From Heptranchias perlo (taxonomy: Eukaryota), in assembly GCF_035084215.1 (NCBI RefSeq), contig NC_090335.1, positions 62,868,001-62,932,000 on the forward strand: 64,000 bases of DNA, given 5' to 3'. The notes beneath the pieces were generated by a model that was given only the letters and a program-made list of their open reading frames with translations, was not told the DNA's origin and did no database searches. The position numbers and the translations under genes are program-made. Below, piece by piece: positions 36,825 through 48,461 of the stretch (positions are counted from its first letter, which is position 1; the number at the start of each line of letters is the position of its first letter).

Positions 36825-37170
36825 GCTGGTAATGGTTCTGCTGCTGCCATTTGCAGCTACTCCTGATCAATCTTTTGTTTCTTAACCTGTCCCATTACCA
36901 CCTTTCTTGCATTGCACCATCATCCCTTTTGTCATTTAATCACTCGTGCCCTCTACCCTATCATAGACCTTCCCTTTTGTTCTTTCCTCTCCCCCACTTT
37001 CCCTGACTCTGTACTTGCTTAAAATCTTTAACATCTTCCAGTTCTGACGAAAGGTCATTGACCTGAAACGTTAACTCTGTTTCTTTCTCCACAGATGCTG
37101 CCTGACTTGTGGAACTTCTCCAGTATTTTCTGTTTTTATTTCAGATTTCCAGCATCCGCAATATTTTGCA
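36825..37170 (+). mobile_element. Penelope 3' UTR fragment with intact hammerhead core
   Basis: Homologous to 3040-3357; CTGACGA-AAGGTCATTGACCT-GAAAC at 37044-37069. Confidence 0.75.
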
Positions 37171-37415
37171 CTCGATTTAATATATTCCTTGGCGACTGTA
37201 GCACAGGTATATCAAAGATAATAAAGCAGGAGCGAGCCATGCTCAACATTTTGATGGGACGCCCACCCCAAAATTTGAATAGATACTTGAAAAACGTACC
37301 CACAGAGCTATGTCTGTGACATACTCAGCTGTAGAGCTTAAAACTTGGGAAGGTAGAAGATCTTCAAGGTTAAAGGGTAAATTGTAGCGATGGCAAAAAA
37401 AAAAAAGTAGTTTAA

Positions 37416-37665
37416 TTGTCCACAACACCACAGCAGAAAAATACAAGCAACGTTGCTCCCTTTGATGCTGAAGAGTTGGAGGTGCTGCTGCAGGAGATGC
37501 ACAAAGAGGAGGGTGGTCCTTATTGGGGCTTAAAGCCAATGTCCAATAAAAGCAAAGCTGTGTGGTGGGAAATCGCTGACTCAGTCAATGCAGGGACTCA
37601 GGTCCCTTAAAACTGGCTGCAAATGTGGAAGAGGTTTGCTGGTATCAGGAGAAGGCGAAGATAGG
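37416..37665 (+). pseudogene. Myb/SANT-like DNA-binding domain remnant, probably Harbinger ORF2
   Basis: PFDAEELEVLLQEM...WWEIADSVNAG...*NWLQMWKRF fits the MSANTD/Harbinger Myb pattern; one in-frame stop. Confidence 0.65.
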
Positions 37666-38690
37666 TCTGCTCCTCACTCTTGCACAGATTTCTTGGGGCC
37701 CATCAAGCATGCCACACATCGAAGTTGGAAGCTCCTGACTCTCTGAGAGGTACCATTTTAAGCATTGTGCACAACCATTCCTCTTTTGCACACACTCTTC
37801 ATTGTCTCAGAGTTAAATGGCACACTTTCCTCACAGGTGGAAATGGCAGACAAGACTGGCGGGCAGGAAAAGCACTTTGGGTGGCAGGAGGCTGGCATCA
37901 AAGGGAGGCTCATCGGCGCTCAGTTAAATCTCGGGGACGGGGGCTTTCTGAAGGGTCTTGTGAGAGGTAAGGTGGGGGAGCCCGGGGCGTGGGTGGCCTA
38001 AACTTTGCATCTCCTGCTCCTCCAGGCCCCAATAAGGAACGTTAAAAGAAACTTACCTGACATGGCCTCTTTCCCGCTGTCTTCACCTGGAGGGAGAAAC
38101 AACAACATCTTCCCCATTCAGGCCAGAGTTAAAATTTCAGTCAGGGCTCGATGAGGTCATTGGACCGGATCTGCATATTTAAACAAGGACCCTATCAGCT
38201 TCAGGCAGGTGCCCTTTCACCCTACTCAGAAGAGCAGGTTAAAATTGAAGAGGGTAAGATCAATGTGGGTTCGTCACCCGGCCGATTTTAATTGCCTGCC
38301 CGGTATGCGGCAGCCGGGTAGGATTAAGGTATCCCTTAATATTTAAAAAGCAGTCTAAACAATAGAAAACTGCCTTTAAGAAGCAGCAGGAAGTACTCAC
38401 TGCATTCATGCGCCCAGCTTTTCTGGGCAAGGTTAATACTGGGGACTGAGCCAAGCCCAAATTTGTGACATTTGGGTGGGACCTCTTTTGAATATTTTAG
38501 GCATTTAAATGAATCCCAAGCATGCTTCTTTCTGTTCCTCTCCCACCCCCACAAAATCACCTGTAGGAAAATCAGGCAGGTAAGGTTGTGTGTCCAACAT
38601 TCTGACCTTTCCCCTATCAAGCCTACAAAATCAGAGTTTCTCATCTGAAGGATGGCACCTCTGGCAATGTAGTATGGCCTTGGTATATAT

Positions 38691-39040
38691 TAGGGTTGCC
38701 ATCTCTGGTTGGACATATTCCTGGAGGTGTCATCACATGATCTCCTGCCATTGGTCGTCCACCAAGTCCGTACTTACGCTGCACTGCCTCCCCACGCCAA
38801 TCAGAAAGCAAACAGACTCTTCCTTACCCAATTGGATGATTCTTTACTATCTGTCAAACAGCCTTTTTTCCCCATCTCTGATATTTTTATAACTAAAGTG
38901 TTCAAAAAAATATATTTTTTAAAAATCCACTTTTTTTATGCCCCTATGATTTTTCTCCTGGGTTGCTCGCAGCAGTGTCCTGGAGGTTAGTCTTTAATTC
39001 CTGGATTCTCCAGGGCAATCCTGGAGGGTTGGCAACCCTA
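38691..39040. mobile_element. hAT-type non-autonomous DNA transposon (MITE) inserted in a SacSINE1-like copy
   Basis: TIRs TAGGGTTGCCA / TGGCAACCCTA; degenerate 8-bp TSD GTATATAT / GTGTGTAT. Confidence 0.8.
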
Positions 39041-40309
39041 GTGTGTATCTGTCTAAACCTTGTACTTAAGTTCTGGAGCGGATCTTGAAGCGACAAGATT
39101 CTGATTCAGAGGTGAAAGTATCAAGCAAGAGAGCCAAGCTGACACAGTCCAAAAAAGGAACGTTAGATCTTTAGACCAGGAGAAAATCATCTACCCTTTA
39201 TTCAGTGTATATATGCGGTAAAGTAAGGACTGAGGAACACGACTTAGCCAAGGACAGTTAATTCAATGCAAGGGATCCTGCTGTGAGGAAAGCAAGCAAA
39301 AACTTCTCCAAATCAAAGGTTCTCAACGTTAATACATTTTAAACAGTTTAAATCATTTAATATCCATTTCCAAAGCAAATTCAACTAATGACGTGAACAG
39401 ATGTACATTCCCTCTCGATGTCTGGACAGTATTTTTTCTTTTCTATTAATGACGAGAGATTTAAGTGAAATTTTATTGCAGGAGGCAATTCCAATCAGGG
39501 ACTGTAGAAAACAAAGAAAAAAGTTCTTCTTTCTTGCCCAGATTTAATGCAAGGCAGATGGCGGTTCTTATTCAGTGTAGCCCTTGTTTGTTACTGACCC
39601 TTTAATGTCGGTTTGCACGTCTGCATGGAGCATAGACTAATGTCACTGTGGAAGGAGGGGATGTGGCAGAAGCAGCAAAGATGCTGACAAGGTAATCGCA
39701 TTTATTTTGTGCTGATCCTCTGGCCTCAGCCCACACCACCAATATTACACTTCATTGAACAATCTACAATAAAAATATACTATTTTAGTAAATCACATGG
39801 CAGTTCTTTTTCATTACCACAAGATGTGAAGTCATTTGTTGCCCCCGTTTTATTCCTCTCCCATCCTGATGGTGCTAAGTCATGTTGGAGTACGGTTTTC
39901 CTGCTCCCAGCATCCTCCTGGTACCTTTCCCAAGAGGCCACTTCACGTGAGTCCAGACATTGAGGCCTAGATTTTCCATCAAGTTATGCTTCCCCTCACC
40001 CCGCCCCCTCCCTCCCCCTCGCCCTCCCACTTGGAATAAATTGAGCAAATCTGGTTTGGAAATTCTTCAGGAGATGCCCCCATTTCCCCCATTGCCTCTA
40101 GGGTATAGGGACAGGAATATTATAATCACACGCAAATGATGGAGATGTGTTACTGTAGAATTCCCCGCCATTTACCACATTCCAAGTCGCAGTCCAAAGA
40201 CTTGAGCATAGAATCTAGGCTGACACTTCAGCACTTAAGAACCCCCCCACCGATGACGTCATTAGCACTCACTGTTTAAACTAAACAATATTCAGAAATA
40301 GATCAAAAC

Positions 40310-40620
40310 AAACCTCGGTCTGCACTGAGTTAGCTGCTCACAGCTGGGACGAGAGTAGGTTGCTACAATTGATCTCTTGCCCCCTTGGTTAGGGAGTGGA
40401 AAATCAGCTGGGATGCTGGCCTCCTAAACAATACCCATTGACCCCTGCTGGAAGTTTGTGTGTGTATGGACGTTGGGTGGCAATAGGATTATGCTTGTCC
40501 CTGAAGCTGCTGTGACAGAATGGTATGCCTTCACTCACTCCCGGAGCTCATATATGGATAATACCCGCTCAGACGAGATACTGGAAGCTGGTTGATGCCT
40601 GTCGACTATCCCAGTACGGT
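40310..40620 (+). mobile_element. AmnSINE2-like SINE, interrupted by CR1
   Basis: GGTCTGCACTGAGTTAGCTG...GCTACAATTG...GGTTAGGGAG. Confidence 0.6.
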
Positions 40621-40626
40621 ATCAAA

Positions 40627-41846
40627 GATGAGGGCTGTGCAGTAGACGTGGTCTACATGGACTTCAGCAAAGCATTTGACAAGGTACCGCATGGTAGGTT
40701 GTTACATAAGGTTAAATCTCATGGGATCCAAGGTGAGGTAGCCAATTGGATACAAAATTGGCTTGACGACAGAAGACAGAGGGTGGTTGTCGAGGGTTGT
40801 TTTTCAAACTGGATGCCTGTGTCCAGCGGTGTGCCTCAGGGATCGGTGCTGGGTCCGCTGTTATTTGTTATTTATATTAATGATTTGGATGAGAATTTAG
40901 GAGGCATGGTTAGTAAGTTTGCAGATGACACCAAGATTGGTGGCATTGTGGACAGTGAAGAAGGTTATCTAGGATTGCAACGGGATCTTGATAAATTGGG
41001 CCAGTGGGCCGATGAATGGCAGATGGAGTTTAATTTAGATAAATGTGAGGTGATGCATTTTGGTAGATCGAATCGGGCCAGGACCTACTCCGTTAATGGT
41101 AGGGCGTTGGGGAGAGTTATAGAACAAAGAGATCTGGGAGTACAGATTCATAGCTCCTTGAAAGTGGAGTCACAGGTGGATAGGGTGGTGAAGAAGGCAT
41201 TCAGCATGCTTGGTTTCATTGGTCAGAACATTGAATGCAGGAGTTGGGATGTCTTGTTGAAGTTGTACAGGGCATTGGTGAGGCCACACTTGGAGTACTG
41301 TGTACAGTTCTGGTCACCCTATTATAGAAAGGATATTATTAAACTAGAAAGAGTGCAGAAAAGATTTACTAGGATGCTACCGGGACTTGATGGTTTGACT
41401 TACAGGGAGAGGTTAGACAGACTGGGACTTTATTCCCTGGAGAGTAGGAGGTTAAGGGGTGATCTTATAGAAGTCTATAAAATAATGAGGGGCATAGATA
41501 AGGTCGATAGTCAAAATCTTTTCCCAAAGGTAGGGGAGTCTATTACGAGGGGGCACAGATTTAAGGTGAGAGGGGAGAGATACAAAAGGATCCAGAGGGG
41601 CAATTTTTTCACTCAAAGGGTGGTGAGTGTCTGGAACGAGCTGCCAGAGGCAGTAGTAGAGGCGGGTACAATTTTGTCTTTTAAAAAGCATTTGGACAGT
41701 TACATGGGGAAGATGGGTATCGAGGGATATGGGCCAAGTGCAGGCAATTGGGACTAGCTTAGTGGTATAAACTGGGCGACATGGACATGTTGGGCCGAAG
41801 GGCCTGTTTCCATGTTGTAACTTCTATGATTCTATGATTCTATGAT
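40627..41846 (+). mobile_element. Young 5'-truncated CR1 LINE with uninterrupted ORF2 C-terminal frame
   Basis: 376 codons without a stop ([25 protein letters not shown]); (TTCTATGA)3 tail. Confidence 0.95.
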
Positions 41847-42947
41847 TAGGAGAGTAGGAGATTGTAAGGAGGGGTGGAGGTTTGGGGGGGGGGGTGAACT
41901 GAGGAGAACCCATCCCAATAGAATGTTACAAGTTTGTTACAGATTTCTTTTTAAGCATTTGAATTTTATAAGTGTCTCTGATAATGGGCCTCACTCTTTA
42001 CAAAATGCCTGGTGACTCAAGTTTAGAGCAAACATGAACCCACTTGCTGTGTGATCTTGTTGACAAGACTCTGCTCTCCAGTTGATTTATTATCTGCCAC
42101 AAAGTGTGGGATGCTTAAAGAACTTATTCAGTACTGCAGGTAAATAGGAATTTGCTGCTTTCCCTAGCAAATTAAATCTGTCAGCCCCTTCAGTACAGAT
42201 TGCCTTTCCTTCCAAACAACAAGAAAACCACTTCTAAATGTTTTCCTTTCCTTCCTACACAGATGTCTAAAAAAAGAGTGAGGGGTAATGCAACGTGAAA
42301 GCAGCTCGTAATTTTCATTTGCGGATATTTTTGTTGGCTATCCCACATCTGCAGCTGCCTCCATTATGTCACTGTGTTCTTCCGTTAATATTTTCAAATT
42401 TGTATTTCTGGTTTTCCATATTTAAAACAAAATTTCCCCTGTTCCCTTAAACCTACTTGTGTTGCCTTTTGCCGATAAAGCTACTTATGTTGCCTTTTGC
42501 TGAGGGTGACGGCTTTGTTCAAAAAAATAACTTAAGTTACTTGCTCCTTTTGTTCACACCCAGAGAGGACAACATCTGCATTAATGCTACGTCAGTAAAT
42601 GTTTGCTGAAGCCAGGCTGTGGTGTGTCCCGAACTTTTCAAAATTCAAGTTTGCCAAATACGTGGTTTGTTGTCCGGTCTCATTTAAGATTTTGAAGAAA
42701 GGTTGTTCTTACTTTTAAAGAGGGAGCATTAACATTGGTGCCTCTTTTCAATTTATATGGTGACATTGCTCTACACCACATTAGCATATGAATATGTTAA
42801 CTCATTAGTATCAAATTGCTTTGTCTTGCTATTTTAACTAAGGCATTATGATGTAGAAAATATAGATTCGTTCCTTCATTAAATACAAGCAAAGTAATTT
42901 GAATATGAACACATTAATATTAATATGTAATATGTAACATCACATAA

Positions 42948-43045
42948 TGGGGGTGATTTTGACTTTGTGCGAAAGTGTAAAACGGGCGATAGCAAATCGA
43001 CAACCTGTTTTACACCTCTCCCAATTTTTATTTCCATTGACTTCA
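42948..43045. mobile_element. Half copy of palindromic MITE family
   Basis: GGGGGTGATTTTGACTTTGTGCGAAAGTGTAAAACGGG...TTTATTTCCATTG. Confidence 0.7.
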
Positions 43046-43159
43046 TGGAAGCAATAGCGTTGCAGAGTTTTCATCCCCTCAACATTGATGCAGAAGGAGC
43101 TTGAACAGAGAATGATCTTGGAGCGCATAGGGCTTAGAAGGCACAGAACTCACAGTAGG

Positions 43160-46100
43160 TATAGGAAGATAGGAACGCAGGAGCAGGAGTAGGCCTTTTA
43201 GCCCCTCGAGCCTGTTCCGCCATTCAATGAGATCTGTGACCTAACTCCATACCCAAGCCCCGTATCCTTTAATACCTTTGGTTAACAAAAATCTATCAAT
43301 GTCAGATTTAAAATTAACAATTGAGCTAGCATCAACGGCTGTTTGCGGAAGAGAGCTCCAAACTTCTACCACCCTTTGTGTGTAGAAGCGTTTCCTAACT
43401 TCACTCCTGAAAGTCCTGGCTCTAATTTTTAGGCTATGTTCCCTAGTCCTAGACTCCCCAACCAGCGGAAATAGTTTCTCTCTATCAACCCTATCAGTTC
43501 CCCTTAATAGCTTGAAAACTTCAATCAAATCAGCTCATAATGTTCAAAATTCCAGGGAATACAATCCTAGATTGTGTAACCTCGCCTTGTAATTTAATCC
43601 TTGGAGTCCAGGTATCATTCTAATAAATCTAGGCTGTGCCCCCTCCAAGGCCAATATATCCTTCCTAAGGTGCAGTGCCCAGAACTGAACACAGTACTCC
43701 AGGTGTGGTCTAACCAGGACTTTGTATAGCTGTAGCTTAACTTCTACCCCCTTGTATTCTAGCCCTCTAGATATAAAGGCCAGCATTTCATTAGACTTTT
43801 TGATTATTTTCTGTACCTGTCCAGGACATTTTAATGATCTATGTACATGGACCCCTACACTTTGGACCTCCACTGTTTCAAGCTTTTCACCATTTAGAAT
43901 GTACTCTGATCTATCCTTTTTAGGTCCAAAGTGGATGACCTCACACTTGCCTACATTCAAATCCATTTGCCACAGTTTTGCCCATTCACTTAATCTATTA
44001 ATATCTCTCTGTAATTTTATGCTTCCATCTATACTGTTTACAATGCTGCCTATCTTTGTGTCATCGGCAAACTTGGATATGTGGCTCTCTATCCCATCAT
44101 CTAAGTTGTTAATAAATACAGTGAAGAGTTGAGGCCCCAGCACAGATCCCTGAGGGACACCACTAGTCACATCCTGCCAATTTGAGTATCTGCCCATTAT
44201 CCCTATTCTCTATCTCCTGCCACTCAGCCAATTTCCTAACCAGATCAATAATTGTCCCTCAGTTCCATGAGCTTAACTTTAGCTAACAGACTCTTATGAA
44301 GGACTTTATCGAATGCCTTCTGGAAGTCCATTTGAACAACATCCATTGACATTCCCCTGTCTACTACTTTAGTCAACTCTTCAAAAAATTCAATCAGGTT
44401 CGTCAGGCATGACCTACCCTTTACAAATCTATGCTGGCTCTCCCTGATCAGCTGAAGATTTTCAAGGTGTTCAGTCACTTTATCCTTAAATATAGACTCT
44501 AGTAATTTCCCGACAACAGATGTTAGGCTAACTGGTCTATAATTCCCTGGTTTCTCTCGCTCACCTTTCTTAAATAGCAGAGTGACGTGCAATTTTCCAA
44601 TCTAAAGGAGCGGTTCCTGAATCGAGAGAATTTTGGAAGGTTATAGTTAGGGCATCTGCAATCTGCTTACCTACATCTTTAAAACCCTGGGATGGAAACC
44701 ATCTGGTCCTGGGGATTTGACACTCTTTTGTGCCATTATTTTCTTCTTTGCTGTTAATTTGTTTATGTTAATTATGGTGAGTCTACATCCCTGATTCAAA
44801 ATTAGTTTTTATGGGGTGTCTAGCATCCTATCCTCTTCTGTAAATACTGAAGCAAATTAATTATTGAACATGTCCACCACTTCCTTATTTTCATTTACAA
44901 TTTCACCATTATCAGTTTTTAAGGGGCCCACATTGCTCTTGACCACCCTCTTTTTTCTGATATAATTGTAAAACATTTTTGTGTTGATTTTGATATCCCT
45001 TCCAAGTTTCTTTTCATACTCCCTTTTTGTAGCTCTTATTATCTATTTTGTCACCATTTGCTGTTCTTTGTATCTCTCCCAGTCGCCAGGATCTGTACTA
45101 TTTTTTAAATTTTTGTATGCTTTTTCTTTTAGTTTTATGTTGTCCCTTAACCTCTTTTGTTGTCCATGGCTGATTTTTATTGGTAGAGCTCTTGCCCCTA
45201 AGGGGTATAAAATGGTTCTGTATCACGTTAAATTATTTTTTGAACGCCTCCCACTGATCTTCTGTCGTTTTACCCATTAACAGATTTGCCAGTTTACTGT
45301 GGACAGTCTCTGTCTCATCCTGTTGAAGTTGACCTTACCTAAATTAGAATCTTAGTAGCCGTTACGGGTTTCTCCCTTTCAAACACAACAAGTTGAACTC
45401 GATCATATTATGATCGCTATTAGATAAATGTTCACGCACCATTAGGCTGTTAACTAAATCTAGCTCATTAGTCATTATTAAATCTAATATGTACTGCCCC
45501 CTTATTGGTTCTAGGACATATTGTTGCAGAAAGCTGTCCTGAACACACTCAAGAAATTCGCTACCTTTCTGGCATGAGCTCATCTGCTTATCCCCATCAT
45601 TATGAAAGTTAAAATGCCCCATTAAAACCACTCTGCTTTTGCTACATGCTTGTCTAATCTCTGCATTTATATGTTCTGCCACTTCACAGCTGCTACCAGG
45701 GAGTCTATGCACAACTCCCACTACAGTCTTAAATCCTTTTCTATTTCTTAATTCTACCCATAAAGTCTCCGTTGCTTGCTTACCTCTCGTTATATCCTCT
45801 CTTATCATTGAAGTAATTTCATCCTTAATCAAGAAGGCTACTCCTCCCCCTCTACCAGTTTCCCTATTCCTCCTGTAGACCTTATTACCTGGTATATTCA
45901 ATTCCCAGTCCTGATTGTTTTGCAGCCATGTCTCAGTAATGGCTACCGTGTCGTATCCTCTAAGTTGAATTTCTGCCTGCAATTCATTCAATTTGTTCCT
46001 CATACTCCGTGCGTTTGTATAAAGAACGCTTATTTGGGCCACACACCCTAACCTGTCCTTCTGCCCTAATGTTGTTTCTCTCACACATTTCCTATTTCTC

Positions 46101-46250
46101 TCTCCTGATTTAATTACTTTACATCTTTTAGTTTTCCCTTTACCTGTAGTGCCTAAAGTATAATTTCTGACTATTACTCTACTCTCTTCCTTTTAATTTT
46201 TTTAGAATTATTGTTTATTCTACCTTTTCCACCTGAGTATGACTTCAGGC
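43160..46250 (-). mobile_element. CR1 LINE with most of ORF2 (APE endonuclease plus RT), degenerate
   Basis: LYTNARS, ITETWL, GGGV, MGHFN, SDHN (45362-46084); NYRPVSLTS, DFQKAFD, KFADDTK; multiple frameshifts. Confidence 0.93.
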
Positions 46251-47459
46251 AACAGGTGTGCCACAACAGATTACCACAGAATCATCGACCAGGGCATAAT
46301 GGAGGAGCAATGCATGAAGAATCATAGAAGTTACACCACAGAAGAAGGCCATACGAGCCATTGCACCTCTGCCAATGGTAGCACTTCAACTAGTGCAACC
46401 TAATCCTATTTCCCTGCCCTTTACCCATGTACTTTTAAATTCTTCCTTTTCAAATACACATCCAATTTCTTCTTAATTTGGAGACTCAGGCTCACCAGGA
46501 AGATCGAGCCTGAGGTGTGTCACCTGGGTCTCAAAAACCTTCAGGGAAAGTCAGTCATGTGCCAGGTACAAGTGGCAGAGAGGGTCATCACTACCCCCAA
46601 ATTTTATGCCACAGTGACCTTCCAGGCACCTACTGGGGACATCACAGGAGTCAACTTTTAGAAGTCTGATGCTTTCTGTACATTTGCCATTTTGAGTGAT
46701 GATGCCAATTTAGAAAACTTGGCTATACACTGGCTCAATATCATCTTTAAATGCCAGTTTTTCAACGAATATGAATTAAAACCCACAATCGAAGGACTAA
46801 TCTGGTCACATCAGAGGAATAAATCGGACTAACTAATAATAGACAAATGGTTCATTTTGTTATCCACCTGTAATTTCCAATATTATGTTTTACATTACAT
46901 TGCTTCGGATGGTTTAACTCATAAATTAACATGCGGAAAAGTGGACAATGGCACTTCAACAGTTGCTCAGTAACTATGTAATTACCATCTATTTACCACC
47001 CAAATAGTTTTCATGGTCGCAGAGGTCAATTCCGCCCAAGGTTTTTAGCCATAATTCTTTCTAAGTGTTTGATTTTCAAAAGGAGTAACAATGGTGAGTC
47101 TCCCTCAAGCCCCATTATCAATCATTCCATATTTCTCTTCATTTCACTGGAATTTATGAATGTAAACCTTTTGCTGCTGTGCCAGACAACTCTGCACTGG
47201 GCTCTGCTAATGTGGCAGTAATTACACCTGTTTTCAAACTTAATAGCTCTTTGAAACTTCGAGAGGGTTGCCAACTCCAGCAGCGGTTGCTGCCATTGTG
47301 ATCACCATTGTAGTATATTCAAGACAGAAATGAACCCTCTCTCACCTTTGCCAAGCATTGTTTTCTACCTTTTCGCCATTCCTCTCAAATTGACTATTCG
47401 ACATGCGTATGCCTAGACGGCGAGCACACATTTTCCTGTTCCTGTGCCAGTGGCATATT

Positions 47460-47612
47460 GGATCATCCGGGCACAGGAAAGATTGGAAAATCGGGCGGGA
47501 AGAAACGCGGGTATGTAAAGGAAACCGACCGATTTCCCGTCCATTTAAATGAATGGTCTCCCTCATGGGCATGTGCTGAAGTTCTTGTATTCGCTGTGCC
47601 CAGGTGATCCAA
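47460..47612. mobile_element. Small inverted-repeat element related to the 11132-12032 foldback
   Basis: Ends GGATCATCCGGGCACAG / CTGTGCCCAGGTGATCC; central CATTTAAATGAATGG also present in the foldback. Confidence 0.5.
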
Positions 47613-48059
47613 GGTGCACAGGCACAGGAGCAGGAATAGGAACATTTGCCCCTGCGAGTCAGTAGGTCAGCCAGTCAAGATAAGGGGCATAACTAAACCC
47701 AGTTCTGTCCTCACCTGTTACCTCATATGTGGGGGCTGAAATATCACGGGAGTTCCACCGGAGTCACGACGGGAGACCAATGGAACCCCTGCCAAATTTC
47801 ATGCCCATGTTCTTCCCAGCAGGGGTTGGTGGGTATAATGACACAGTTTGAGTATGAGTATTTAGAGACATTTTCCTTAACACCACTAAATGCTGTATGA
47901 ATGTTGCAATTAAGGAGCTGCTTAAATTGACACGGGTGGCCAATAAGGCTAGTCTGCAAGATGGAATTTGTATGCCAGCAGTGAGCTGCTGCATGTAAAG
48001 GTGTTTAAAACCACAGGCAAATCTCGTTTTTATTTCTTTATCATTTGAAACCTAGGAAC

Positions 48060-48260
48060 AATATAGAATAAGGAGCGGGATCCCTGGTTGAACTTTCTCC
48101 TTCCTGGACCAGGGATACTGAGACTAATAATGGTCATTCCCAATGCCCCAACCGAAATCATCTGTCTTAACATGCAGCAGATATTGGCGTGGGGCTTTCG
48201 AATCTGTATGGCTTAGTATCACATAACACAGTACATTTACCTACTGGGTTAATGGATAGG
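48060..48260 (-). mobile_element. AmnSINE2-like 5' fragment
   Basis: CTGTATGGCTTAGTATCACATAACACAGTACATTTACCTACTG head. Confidence 0.5.
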
Positions 48261-48461
48261 TTGTTACTGGAGAAAATCATAAGGCTGATAATGTTATATT
48301 GTTTCTTTTTTTTTATTTGTTCATGGGATGTGGGCGTCGCTGGCGAGGCCAGCATTTATTGCCCATCCCTAATTGCCCTTGAGAAAGTGGTGGTGAGTCG
48401 CCTTCTTGAACCGCTGCAGTCCATGTGGTGAAGGTTCTCCCACTGTGCTGTTAGGAAGGGA

